Origin: Scenedesmus sp. PABB004
Lineage: Eukaryota
Direction of reading: 5' to 3'
DNA: 64,000 nt
Assembly (NCBI GenBank): GCA_014905635.1
Contig: JABVCE010000007.1
Span: 930,001 to 994,000, forward strand
The position numbers were made by a program, and so were the translations under genes. Below, piece by piece: positions 46,301-58,500 of the stretch. Numbering within the stretch: position 1 is the stretch's first letter; every line of letters begins with the position of its first letter. Below the pieces are notes generated by a model. It was not told the origin of the DNA. It saw only the letters and a list, made by a program, of their open reading frames with translations, and ran no database searches.

Positions 46301-49223
46301 TGACGCTGGCAGCGGCGCGGGCAGCTACCGGCCGGGGCTCGACCTGGAAGAGGACTTTCAGCGCCTCATGCTGGCGGAGGGCGGCGACGCGGGCAGCTGG
46401 GACGCCAGCAGCAGCGGCGAGGCGAGCGACGACGGCGGCGACGGCTGGGGCAGCCCCGCCGGCAGCGCCGACGCGGCGTTGAGCGGCGCGCGTGCGCGCC
46501 GCGGCGGCAGCGACGCCGGCGGCAGCGACGACGTGGGCGACGCCGGCAGCAGCAGCGACAGCCTCGGCTCGCCGCGCGCGCGCCTGGGCGAGGGCTGGGC
46601 GGCCACGGCGCAGGGCGCCGCCGCCGCGGCGGCCGGCAGCCCGCCACTGCCGGCGGGCGCCAAGCAGCCTGGCAGGTGCGTGGCCGTGCCGCTGGCCGCC
46701 GCCCCACAGGCTGCCAGGGTGGTCTGGCGGGCGCCGCCGCGCTCCCCGCCGCTCACCGCCCCGCCGCGCCCCGCCCGCCCGCCGACCAGGCCCCTCGCGC
46801 GGCGCGCGCTCGTGCCTCACCTCAGCCTGCCCGCCGGCCAGGCCAGCCCGCGGCCGCCCGCGTCTGGCAAGGCCGCGCCGGACAGCTGCAGCAGCCGCAG
46901 CTCGGCCTTCTATTCGCCCGCGCGGCGCTGCGCGGCGCCCAGCCTGCTCGCCACGGCCACGCCGCTCGTGACGAGCCGGCCGGGGCTGGCGGCCGCCGCC
47001 GCCGCGGCCGCGGCGGCCGGCGGCGGCTGCGCGCGGCCGCACGGCGGCGGCGCGGCCACGGCGCCGCCGCACGCGCGCGCTGGCGACGCGGCGCCGCGGC
47101 CGCTGGCGAGCCACCAGCTGCAGCAGGGCGGCGCCGGCGCCGCGTACGCCTCGCACCGCGCCGGGCGGGCGATGTACGTCGACGCCGAGCTGCACGGCCT
47201 GTGCCTGGAGCTCGCGCTGCACCTGCTCGGCACGCCCGCGGGCATGCTCGACCCGCTGCAGCTGCCGCAGGAGCCGACCGGTGCGGGGAGGCCCGCGCCG
47301 TGCCGGGGCGTGCGCGCTGCGCTGCGCGCGTGCCGCGCGCTCACCCGCCGCCGCCGCGCCGCAGACGGCGCGCTGCAGGCAAAGGTGCTGGTGCTGCTGG
47401 CGCACCTCTCGCACCCGGACAACGCGGCGGTGGTGCACGCGCTCGCGCGCCGCGCGGCCGCCGCCGCGGACGCGGATGGCGCGCCCACGGCCGCGCCGCT
47501 GCCGCCGGCCGCCGCCGCCGCGGCGGGCATGGGCCGCTGCGCGCTGCGCCTGCTGCGCCTGCTGTCGGCCGGCCTGCTGGCGCCGGGGCGGCTGCAGCTG
47601 GGGGCCATGATCCGCAAGGGCGCGTTCAGCGAGGTCCACGCCGCCACGGTGAGTGGGCAGCGCGTACCCTCGCGCGCGCCGCCCTGCTCGCGCCGCCCCC
47701 GCTTGCGCCGCCCCGCGGCCCACGCCGCCGCGCCACGCCGCGCCGCGCGCAGCTGCACGTCGGCGGCGCGCCGCGCGCGGTGGCGGTCAAGGTGCTCGAG
47801 TGCGGCGAGGGCGACTCGAGCTGCTTCGAGCGCGTCTACAACGAGGCGCGCGCCCCGCGTGGCGCAGCGCCGCGCCCGCCTGCGCGCCCAGCACCCCACG
47901 CGCGAACGCGCGCGCCGCCCCACAAGCGCGCCGCCCGACGCGCGCCACCTGCGCAGGTGGCGGTGCTGGAGCTGCTGCGGGGCTGCCCCGGCGTGGTGCC
48001 GCTGCTCGACTACGGCGTGGCGCTCGGCGACGCGCCGCCGAGCCCGCGCGGCGCGAGCGGCAGCGGCGGGGGCGCGCTGGCGCAGCCCGCGCCGCGCTGG
48101 CTGCTGGCCTTCCCGCGCTACCGCTGCTCGCTGCGCGACTGGCGGCAGGCGCGCGGGCGGGGGCTGCGCCCCGGCGACGCCCGGCTCTACCTCGCCGCGT
48201 TTGTGCAGGCGCGGCGCGGCCGCGGGGCGCGCTGTGGCCGGCAGCGGCGCGCGCGGCGGCGGGCGGGGCCCGTGACGCCCGCTCCCACCCCCCCGCCCGC
48301 GCCTCGCGCCCGCGCCACGCGGTGGGCGCAGGTCGCGGGCGTCGTCGCGCGGCTGCACGCGGCGGGCGTGGTGCACTATGACGTGAAGGGCGACAACGTG
48401 CTGCTCGACTGGCACGGCGGCGGCGACGGCGACGGCAGCCCTGGCAGCCCGCGCAGCAGCAGCAGCGGCGGCGGCGGCGGCGACGGCAGCGATCTGCCGT
48501 TTGAGGCGGTGCTCGCTGACTTTGGTGACGCGCTGCTGCTGGAGCAGGGAGAGGCCGGCGCCGGCGGCGGCGGGCGGCGGCGGCGGCGCGCGCAGCGCCA
48601 CCGCGGCACCGAGCTGTTCAGCAGCCCCGAGATGCTGCTGCTGCACGCGGGGCAGCGCCGCCGCGACCACGCGGGCCACGACCGCCGGCGCCACCGCGGC
48701 GTGGGGCCGGCGCACGACGTGTGGAGCCTGGGCTGCACGCTGTACGAGCTGCTGACCGGCCGCGTGCTGTTCGAGGAGCAGGTGCGGCTGAGGCGCGCAC
48801 GTGGGGCCCCTCGCCGGCCGCGCCCGAGCGCGGGCCCGCGGCCGCCCCGCGGGCGCCGGCCGACCCGCGCCCCGCCCCGCCCTGCGGCCGCGCCGCGCCG
48901 CGCCGCGCCGCCAGGGCGTCGGCCGCATCACGTCGTACGCGGGCGGCGGCAGCGCCGCCGGCGCCAGCCTCGCCACGAGCGCGATGCCGCCGCGGCCGCG
49001 CGCCGGCGGCCGCGCGCCGGCCGCGCCGTCCCCGTCCCTGGTGCGCGCGGCCCCCGGCGGCGGCGTGCTGAGCGCGGAGGAGCGCGCCGCGCTGTCCGGC
49101 GGCGAGGGGCTGGTGGAGCTGGTGGAGTTTATGCTCGTCGGCGAGCCCACGCGGCGCCCGGGGGCGGCCGAGGTGGTGCTCCGGGCGCGCGCCGTGCTCG
49201 CGGCGCAGCCCGCGCGGGGCTAG
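40329..49223 (+). CDS. Very large protein with helical N-terminus and C-terminal Ser/Thr kinase; apparent frameshift near 46200; single-gene status of the N-terminal part uncertain
   Basis: Kinase motifs IRKGAFSEV, VAVK, VHYDVKGDNVL, DFG, GTELFSSPE, DVWSLGC, RRP; upstream Leu-rich exons on the same strand. Confidence 0.72.
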
Positions 49224-49641
49224 CCGGCGAGCGCCTCGGGGGGTCTGGGGCGCTGGGCGGGCGCTGGGGCGGCTGGGCTCTGATCGCCTGCCGAGCGCCG
49301 AGCGCTGCACGCCCGCTGCAAGACTTGCGGGCCGCGTGATCCTGACTGACGCCGGCGCGGCGCACTGGGCTGCCGAGGGAGCGAGCGGCGATTGCAACGC
49401 CCGCCGCCCGCCGACGCGCCGCGCGGGGGCAGCAGCCCGCCCGCCCCGCGCGCCCGGCCCGCCCGCCCGGCCCGCGCGCCCGGCCCGGCGCATCGCGGCC
49501 AGCAACCCCGTGTGTGCAGTGCGCGACAAAAATGCCCCCCACGCACGCTGCAGGAAGGGAGGGACCACGAGCACCCGCTTGCTCAAGCAGCCCTCGATCA
49601 CTCAGCCGGCGCCGCGCCGCTCGCGCCGCCAGCGCTTCCGC

Positions 49642-52600
49642 TCACGCGGGCGTCGGCGGCGCGTTGCGCGTGAGAATGTCGGCGACGAGCTCGTCGCTGA
49701 GCGCCTTGTGCGTGCTGAAGTGCCGCATGTGCAGGATCGGCTCGCACCCCGCGGCCGCGACGCTGCGGCCGCCGACTGTCTCGGCGTACGCGCGCGGCGC
49801 GTGGCCCGCGAGCAGCGCCTCGCCCGCGGGGTCGCCCACGCGGCGCGCGACCGACAGCAGCGCGTCCAGGGTGTTCATTTTCATGTAGGGGCAGCTCGCG
49901 CAGCCGCCCTCGAGGCTGCAGCCCTCGCCGCCGGCGGGGCCGGGCACGAGCGCGAGGCCGTCCGGCAGCGCAGCCGCGCCGCCGGCGCCGCCGCCGGCCG
50001 TCGCCTGCGTGGTGATGGACGAAGGGTTGACCGGGAAGACGATCTCCACCTCGACGTCGCGCCGCCCCGCCTCGCGCAGCATGGCCTGCGCGCGCGCGGG
50101 GGGCCGCACGGGCGCAGCGTGAGCGCGCGCGGCGCAGGGGCGCGCGGGCCGCGAGCCCCAGAGCCTCAGCGCCTGGCGCTCGGCCCGGGCCCCCGCGCGC
50201 CGCGCGGGCCCGCCGCGCCGCCACAGCGCGCCGCAGCCGCCGGCCGTGGGCCGCCCACCTGCACGCGGCGCACGATGCTGGTGATCATGCCCGCCTCGGT
50301 GCCGAGCACAAACGTCAGCGCCGCGCCGCGCCGCGGCGCCGGCGCGCCGCCGCCGCCGCCGCCCTGCGCCTCGTCGCCAGCCGCGTCGCCGCCGCCCTCG
50401 GCGAGCGCGTCGGCGAGCTTGGCGGCGATGAAATCGAGGATGTTGCTCGTGCTGCCCACGACGCCCATGCCGCGCGCCTTGGCGGCCATCGCGAGCGAAA
50501 ACATCTCGCCCGGGACCTCAAAGTGCGCGGTCAGGTACGCGTCGCCGTAGGCCTGGGAGGAAGGGGGGGGGGGGCAGCGCAGCGTGGGGCGCGCGGCAAC
50601 GTGGCCTGGTGCGCGGCGAAGAGGCGCGCGCGCGCGCGCGCTGCGGCAGCCAGCTTCCCGGCGGCGCGGCGCGGCGCGCCTGCTTGACGAGCTCGCACGT
50701 CTCGCCGCCAAAGATGTGGTGCACGATGCACGTCCCGCTCGCGTAGTGGCGCAGGCGCGGCAGCAGCGCGCGCACGCTCGCGGCGGTGTGCCCCGGGTGC
50801 AGCGCGGACACCTCGTCGTCCGGCAGCGCCGCGAGCTGCGTGAAGAGCTCCGCCAGGTTGCGGCCCATGTAGGTGTCGGGGCCGTACCAGACGGTCGCGT
50901 CGGGCACCTGCGCCGCGGGGTGCGGGGTGCGGGTGCGTGCACGCGTGAGTGCGGGCGAGTGCGCCCGGGCCGGCCGAGGCCCGCCGGCCCACGTGCGCGC
51001 GACGGCGGCGAGCGCGGCGCGGCGGGCGCGGGCGCGGGCGCGGGCGCGGGGCGCGGCCGCCCTCCGTGGCCCCCGCACCTGCGCGAATGCCTGCAGCACG
51101 GTCTGCACGACGTTGCTGCTGGTGCACGTGATCGTCGGCACGAGCGCGTGCGCGGTCGCCTTGGTGCGCAGGCTGGTGTTGATGTAGACCACGTGCAGGC
51201 TGCGCGGCGTGGCCGCCGCCTGTGCCAGGTAGCGACCGTACTCGGCGCTCTCGGCCGCCTCGGCGAGCGAGCAGCCAATGTCGGCCGCCGCGAGGCGGTG
51301 GACCTGCGCGGCGCCGCGGCGCGCCGCGGCGCGCGGCGTCGGCCGCCGCGTGGCCGCCCCGCGGCCGGGCGATGCTTCCGAGGCGGCTGTGCGGACAACG
51401 ATGGCGCTCCACGGCCTGCGGCCGCACCTTGACGTGCTGCAGCCCCGCCTCGTCCAGGATGGCGCGCACGTTTTCCGACATAAAGTCCACGCCCAGGACG
51501 GCGATGGTCGTGCAGCCCGCGCGCGCCATGCTGACCGCGGCGTCGGCCATGACGAGGGAGTCGCTGATGTGGATGTGCGGCCACGACGCCGCCGCCGCGC
51601 TCAGCACGCCCTGGACCTGCGGCGCCGACGGCGGCGGCGGCGGGGTGGGCGCGCAGGGATTGCTGGGGTCGCCCCACCGCTGCCGCCGCCGCCACTGTCA
51701 CTGCCGCTGCCGCCGCTGCCGCCGCTGCCGCCGCTGCCGCCGCTGCCGCCGCCGCCGCCGCCCCCGCACCTCAGGGTCCATGTAGAAGTGCGCAACGACG
51801 CCGATGGACTTTTCGCGCAGCAGCCCCGCGAGCGCCTCCACCTGCGCGGGCGCGGGCTGCAGGAACGCGGCCTGCGCCGCCGCAAACGCGCCCTGCGGCT
51901 CCAGGGCGTCGGCCGTGATGCGCAGGCTCGGGAAGCGTGGGAGGTCGGTGACGAGGCGCCGCGTGCGGCGGCGCACCGCCTCGAGCATGTTGGCGAGCCC
52001 GTGGCTGCGCGACGGCGCGAGCACCGCGGGGCCGAGCCCCAGCGCCGGCAGGAACGCGGCGGCGTCGAGGTCCAGCACCTCCTGCGGGGCCAGCCCCGAC
52101 AGCGCCGCGACGAGCACGCCCGCGAGGCCCGCGGTCAGCGCCGAGTCGCTCGCGGCGCGCAGGCGCACGCGGCCGCCGGCGTCGAGCGAGGCGTCGACCC
52201 ACGCCTGGCGCGGCGGCGTGCGCGGCGGCGGCGTCAAAGGCCGGTGGGCGTGTGGCCAGGCACGCGACGCCGCGCCCGCCGGCGGCGCTGCCGGGCTGCG
52301 GGCGGCCCGCGACCGCCGCCGCTCCGCGCCCGCTGCTGCGGCTGCAGCTGCGCGGCCGCGCACCTGCGCGGCGCAGCCCATGACGCGGTGCTGGTTGTCC
52401 TTCAGCTCCTCGGGGAACGGCGGCAGCTGCTCCGCGTAGCTCAGCAGCAGCGCCATGCGCGCCTTGGCGTCGCCGACCGCCGCGAAGCGCGCGACGACCG
52501 CCGCCGCGCCGGCGGGCAGCTCCGCGGTGGCGGCGGGCGCGGCGGCCTCGACGGCGCGCGCCTGTGCCGCGCAGCGCAGCGGTCGAGCCGCGGCGGCGCC

Positions 52601-52838
52601 GGCAGCGGCGGCAGCGGTCAGCGCCGCCCGCCGCGTGGCGCACGCATGCGCGCGGCCGGCGGCGCGGCCCCGCCCGGCGCCTCACCTGCGTGCCCTGCCT
52701 CCGCACGGCCGGCGGCCGCGCCAGGACGGCCAGGCGCCGCGGGGCGGCCGGCTGCTGCGGGCGGGGGGCCCTGCTGCCGGCCCGGCGCGCGCCGGCGGGC
52801 GCGGCCAGGCCCGGCAGCACGCCCATCATCATCTGCAT
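49642..52838 (-). CDS. QS: Plastid quinolinate synthase (SufE-NadA fusion)
   Basis: SufE HRVMGCAAQ|AWV and SDSALTAGL; NadA VVAHFYMDPE, DSLVMAD, GVDFMSENV, GCSLA, VYINTS, CTSSN, CIVHH, CASCPYMKMN. Confidence 0.94.
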
Positions 52839-53035
52839 GGCGCGCTGCGGCGCCGAATTGGGCCGAAAGCCGCGCGCAAGCTGCGCGGGCTGGGCAGCGA
52901 TGGCCGGGGCTCGCGAGTGGCTGGGACGCTGCGCGCTGTGGCTGTTGAGTCCGGCGGGAGCGCGCTGCGGGAGTGGCGGTGGGAGCGTCACAGAGCGGCC
53001 CCAGGTCACGGCGCGCGCAAAACGCCGCCGGCCGC

Positions 53036-55043
53036 TCAGCTCTCGTCGCCGCCCGCCGCCGGCGCGGCCGAGCCCTTCCCGTGGATGAAGCGCCCGCAGT
53101 CGCTGGTGTACACCTGCTTCTCCTCGGCCAGGCACCTGCGCGGCGCGCGGCGAGGGCGCGGGAGGTCGTGAGCGAGCGGGCGTGGCGGGGGCGCGGCGCG
53201 CCCGCGTCTGCGCCAGGCTGACCAGCGCGCGCGCTCGCGCCGCTGCAGGCGCGCCACTGGCGCCGACTCACTTCCGCACGTGCTTGTTCATGTGGCACAG
53301 CCCCCGGAAGGTCTCGCCGTCGAGGAAGCGCATCTCGCCGGCCACGCGGTCCGCGAGCCGCGCGTCCATGTCGGCCGGCGGCAGCTCCGCCTGCGCCGGG
53401 TCGGTGAACGCGATGTTCCACCCCCAGACGTCGCAGAAGACGGGCATGTGCTGCGCGTAGGGCAGGACGCGCGGGAAGACGCTGCGCAGCGTCGCGTTGA
53501 TGCAGGTGAAGACCTCGGTGCACGAGAGGAAGCCCGCGGGCCCGCTCTGCGTCACAAAGATGCCGCCCGGGTTGAGCTTCTGCTTCACCACGTTCTCGTA
53601 AAAGTCCTGCGAGCGCGCGGCGCGGGCAGGCCGCGCGCGCGGCGGCAGGGGGCGCGTCGGCCGGCCGCCGCGCGGCGCGCGCCGCGCGCCCGTCCTGCGA
53701 GCCGCGCGCCGCGTGCGCGCGCCCGTCCTGCAAGCCGCGCGCCCGTCCTGCAAGCCACGCGCCGCGCGCCGCGCGCGCCTGGGTGTAGAGCTGGTAGCAG
53801 GGCCCGCCGTCGAGCGGGTCGGCGAGGTCGCCGATGATGACGTCAAACTTGCCGGGCCACGCCTCGAGCTGTGTGCGCGCGTCGTCGTTGATGAGCTCCA
53901 GCTTCGGCGACTCAAACGCCGCCTTGTTGTGCTCCAGGTGCGCGTGGCAAAAGTCGCACACGACCTGGCACAGCGCGCGCGCGTGTGGCGGCGGCGAGCG
54001 ACGTGGGCGGGGGCGCCTCGGGCCGCCGCGACGCCTCGGGCCGCCGCCGAGGCGTCTGCGCCCCCCGCTGCGCCCTGCTGCTGCTGCCCCTCGCGCCCGC
54101 CCACCTTGTCAATGTCCACCATGACCACCTTCTCGACGCTCTTGTGCCGCAGCACCTCGCGCGCCGTCGCGCCCTCGCCGCCTGCGCGGCGCGGCGGCGC
54201 GCACGCGCGTGGGCCCCGGTGCGCATGCGCAGCCGCGCCGCACGCACGCCCCCGCCCCGCCCCACCCCGCCCCGCCGCAGGCTGGCGCGGGCGCCGCCGC
54301 GGCGCTGGCGCGCACCGCCGCAGATGAACACTGTCTTGGGGTTTGGGTGCATGATGAGCGCGGGGTGCACGAGCAGCTCGTGGTAGACCCACTCGTCGAC
54401 CGCGCTGCTCTGCACCTTGCCGTCAAGGAACAGCGTCTGCGCGGCGCGCCGCGCGCGCGGGCAGCCAGCAGCGTGTGAGGCCGCGCCGGCGCGGGCCGGT
54501 GCCGGCGCGCGCCGCCTGCGGCCGAGCTGCTGCCCGGCCGGCGGGGCCGCCGGCGGGCTGGCCGGTGGGGGTGGCTGGTCAGCTGGCCGCGGCTGCCGCC
54601 CGGCTGCCTGGTGGGCGCGCAGCAGCTGCCCGGCTGCCTGGCCGGCGCGTGCGCGGCGCGCGGGGGGCGCGGCACGGCGGGGGCACGCGCGGGGGCGCCC
54701 GCGGCGGCGGCGCCCGCGGCGCGGCGCCGCTGGCGCGCCTTGCCGAACGGGCCGACGTCGATGAGGTCGACCTCTTGGTACTTGGACTTGCCCGAATACA
54801 GCACCTGCTTCACCAGCATCGACCACTTGAGGTCGTCCGCCAGGTCCTCCTCCAGCTGCGGGCGGCGGGCGCGCCGGCGCGGCGCGTCGGCCGCCGCCGC
54901 TGCCGCCGGCGGCTGCGCCGACGCGCGCCGCCGCCGGGCCGCCCCATTGGCCAGCCGCTGCGCCCGGAGCGGCGCGGTGGCGGCCAGACTCGGACGCGCG
55001 GCTCGGCACGCACCCACAGCCGCTTGGTGTAGGTCTCGGCCAT
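53036..55043 (-). CDS. ACL5: Thermospermine synthase (ACL5-type aminopropyltransferase)
   Basis: [62 protein letters not shown]. Confidence 0.88.
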
Positions 55044-55529
55044 GTTTTGTGCGGCGTCCGCGCGCGCGGTCGGACGGCCGGGCGCTGGCGGGGGAAGGTG
55101 TGTTGGTCGGGCTGGGAGGCTTTGAGAGGGCGCGCGAGAGCGGGAGAGGCCTGACGGCGAAGAAACAAGCTGGTTTCTGGCTTGTCATTCGTCGATGCTG
55201 TCCAGTTGTCGCACGCTGCCCCTTGCTCTGCGGAGCTCACAGACGAACTCGCCAGCTCGCCGACCCGCCTCGGGCCAGCACCGCCCGCCCGCGCGCGGCA
55301 CCGTCGCTGCTGCGTGCGCCCGCGCCGCCGCGCCGCTACGCAGCAGGGCCCAGACTCTCGCGGCCGCGGAGCGACAGACCGGGTGGCCGAAGCCGCGGGC
55401 GCGGCACTGGAGGAGCTCAGCAGCGGCGCTGCACGGCGCCGGTTGACCGGGCGCTCGATGCGCGGTCCGCTGGCCTGACCGCGCGGCGCGGCGGGGGGCC
55501 AGGGGCAGCGCGCGGCGGCCGCCGCCGCG

Positions 55530-58500
55530 ATGGCGGGAGGCGCCGCCGCCAAGCGCCCGGCGGCGGGGGCCAAGCCCGACGCCGGCCAGGCGCGCGCGGC
55601 GCGCCAGCGGGGCGCGCGCCCGGCGGCGGAGCACCGCCGCTCACCGACTGCGCGCGCACATGCCCCGCCGCACGCAGCAGGACGCGGGCGACGCGGCAGA
55701 GCCCGCGGCGCGCGCCGCGTGGGCGCCCGCGCCGCGGCCGCCCGGCGCGGCGCCGCCGGGCGACGCCAGCTTCACGCTCGAGGTGAGCCCGGCCGGGGCG
55801 CTGCTGCTGCTGCTGCTGCTGCTGCTGGGCCCCCGCTGGGCCGCTGCTGGCCGCGCAGCGACGCGGCGCCCTCCCCGCCGTCGCAGGACGACGCCGCGTC
55901 GGTGGCGGCGGAGCAGCTGCTGGCCGGCGCGTGGGCGGTCAGTGACCCCGCCCGCCCGGGGCGGCCCATCCTGGCGGCCAGCCCGGCCTTTGACGCGCTC
56001 GCGGGCTGCGGCGCCGGCGAGGCGGCGGGCCGGCCCATCACGCAGCTGCTGGCGGGGCCGCGGGCGGAGCCCGAGGTGCGGCGGCGGCGGCGGCCGCTGG
56101 GGCGCGCGGCGCGGCGCAGCGCGGCTGCTGTGGCGGCAGCGGCGGCGGCACGAGCTCGCGCCCGCCGCCGGCGCGGCCGTGCACAGTCGCTCGAGGCGTT
56201 GGCGGCGCCGGTGCGGGAGCCGCGGCTCGTGGAGCTGGCGGGCCAGCGGCGCGACGGCAAGCCACGGCAGCTCGCGGTGCGCGCCCGGCAAGGCCGGGCT
56301 GGCCTGGCAGGGGGGGGGGCCTGCGGGCGCCCGCCGCCTGCGCGCCCGCCGCAGCGTGGCTCACCAGACCGGCCTGTCGCGCGCCGCACCCAGGTCTGCC
56401 TGGTGCCGCTGCTGGACGCGGCTGGCGCTGAGCCGGTGCTGGTCCTGGAGTTTGTCGTCGACGCAGACGAGGCGCGCAAGCGGGCCGGTGCCAGCGCCGG
56501 CGCTGGCGCTGGCGGCAGCGGTGGCGGCGCAGGCGCGGCGGCGCCCGGCGGCGACGCCGGCGCGGTGGCGCGCTGGGCGGAGGCGGCGCAGCAGGCCGTG
56601 AGCGGCGCGGCGGCGCTCGTCACGGCGTGCCGCGGCGGCGACGCGGTGGTCGAGGCGTGCGCTGGGCAGCTGGCCGGGCTGTGCGGCTACGCTGCGGATG
56701 AGCTCGCCGGCTGCAGCGTGCGCGTGCTGGCAGGGCCCGACACGGGCGCCGCGGCGCTGCGCGCGGTCATGGCCGCGCAGCTGGGCGGCCGGCACGCCGC
56801 GACCAAGGCACTGCTGTATCGCCGCGACGGCGCGCCGTTCTGGGCGCTCGCGGCGAGCTGCCCGCTCGCCGGAGCGGCGGCCGCCGCCGCCGCGGGCGCC
56901 GAGGCTGCCGGCGGCGCGGCGCAGCAGCCGGCGAGCGGCGGTGGCCCGCCGGCGGCGCCGGCGCGGCGCCTGCTGCTGCTGCTGCCTGTCACGTCGACCC
57001 GCCCGCGCCGCGTCGGCAAGTACGTGCTGGGCCGCGTGCTCGGCAGCGGCGCGAGCGGCGTCGTGCGCCTCGGGCGCAACACCGCCACGGGTGCGCGCGC
57101 TGCGCTCTCTCTCTCTCTCTCTGCCTCGCCGCCGCCCTGGCGTCACGCGCGCCTTGCGCCCTGTCGACCCGCACGCACCCCGTGCCGCCGCCGGCCGCTG
57201 CCGGCGCAGACGAGGTGGTCGCGGTCAAGGCGGTCGACGCGACGCGCTTCCACAGCATGGCCGAGATCGCGCAGGTGCAGGAGGAGATGGCGGTGCTGGC
57301 GGCGCTGAAGCACGACAACATCATCCGCCTGCACGAGGTCGCATTCCAGGCGCGCCGCCGCCGCGTCGCGCCGCCGCGCCGCGGCGCCGCGCGCGCTGTG
57401 CGCAGTACACGCTCTGCGCGCGCCCAGCAGCGCCGCCCTCGCGCTGGCTTGGTTTGCCCGCCGCCAGTCGGGCTGCTTCTACATTGTGATGGAGTATGCC
57501 GGTGGGGGCAGCATGGTGCGCTACCTCTACGCCCCGCGCCCACGCAGCGGCTGCGGCGACGCGGGCGCAGCCGGCCCGGCGCCCCGCGCGCGCAGCCAGC
57601 GCGGCGACGGCGGCGGCGGCATCGGCGCGGGCGAGTCCGGCGCCGGCGGCGGCGAGGCCGGGGAGGCGGCCGGCGAGGGCGGCGCGGCCGGGGAGGCGGC
57701 CGGCGAGGCCGGCGCGGGCGGCGGCGGCCGGCTGGGCGAGGGCGCGGTGCGGCGGCTGTTTGTGCAGATCCTCGGCGCGCTGGAGTACTGCCACAAGCGG
57801 TGCGGCGGCGCGGCGGCCTCGCGGCCGCCTCGGCGCCCGCGCCCCGCGCCCGCACCCCAACTCACGCCTCACGCGCGCGCGCGCGCGCCCGCCCCGGCCG
57901 CCTGCGCCTGCCGGCCAGGCGCGTCATCCACCGGGACCTGAAGCCCGAAAACATCCTCATGTCTGGCGACACGCCCAAGATCGCCGACTTTGGCCTCGCC
58001 GGCGTCGCGGCGCCCTTTGACGGCGCCGGCTTCACCGCGCAGTGCGGCACGCCCGAGTTTGCGGCGCCCGAGGTCGTGTGCGGGCGCGAGTACGAGGGCA
58101 CCGCGGTGAGAGCAGAGCGCGCGCGGCGGCGGGGATGGAGCGGCGGCGGGGATGGAGCGCGGGGCGCGGCGGCGCGGGCGGCGCGGAGCGCGCGCGCCGA
58201 CGGCCGCGCGCGCGACCGCCGTGCACGCCCCGCCGGCGCAGGTGGACCTGTGGAGCGTGGGCGTGATGCTGTACGAGGCCCTCGCCGGCCGGCTGCCCTT
58301 CCGCGGCGCCAGCCAGGCGGCGCTGTTCCGCGCGATATCGCGCAGCGCGTTCGACCCGCTGCCGGCCGGCGTGAGCGCCGACGCGCGCGACCTCGTGCGC
58401 CGCCTGCTCACGGTGGACCCCGGCGCGCGCATCGGCTGGGCGGAGCTCAACCGCCACCCCTGGCTGGCCGGCGGCGCCGCGGCAGACGGCGGCAGCGGGC

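Noticed and set aside
51850..52520. SufE-NadA fusion as a novelty
   Set aside because: Standard architecture of plant and algal quinolinate synthase
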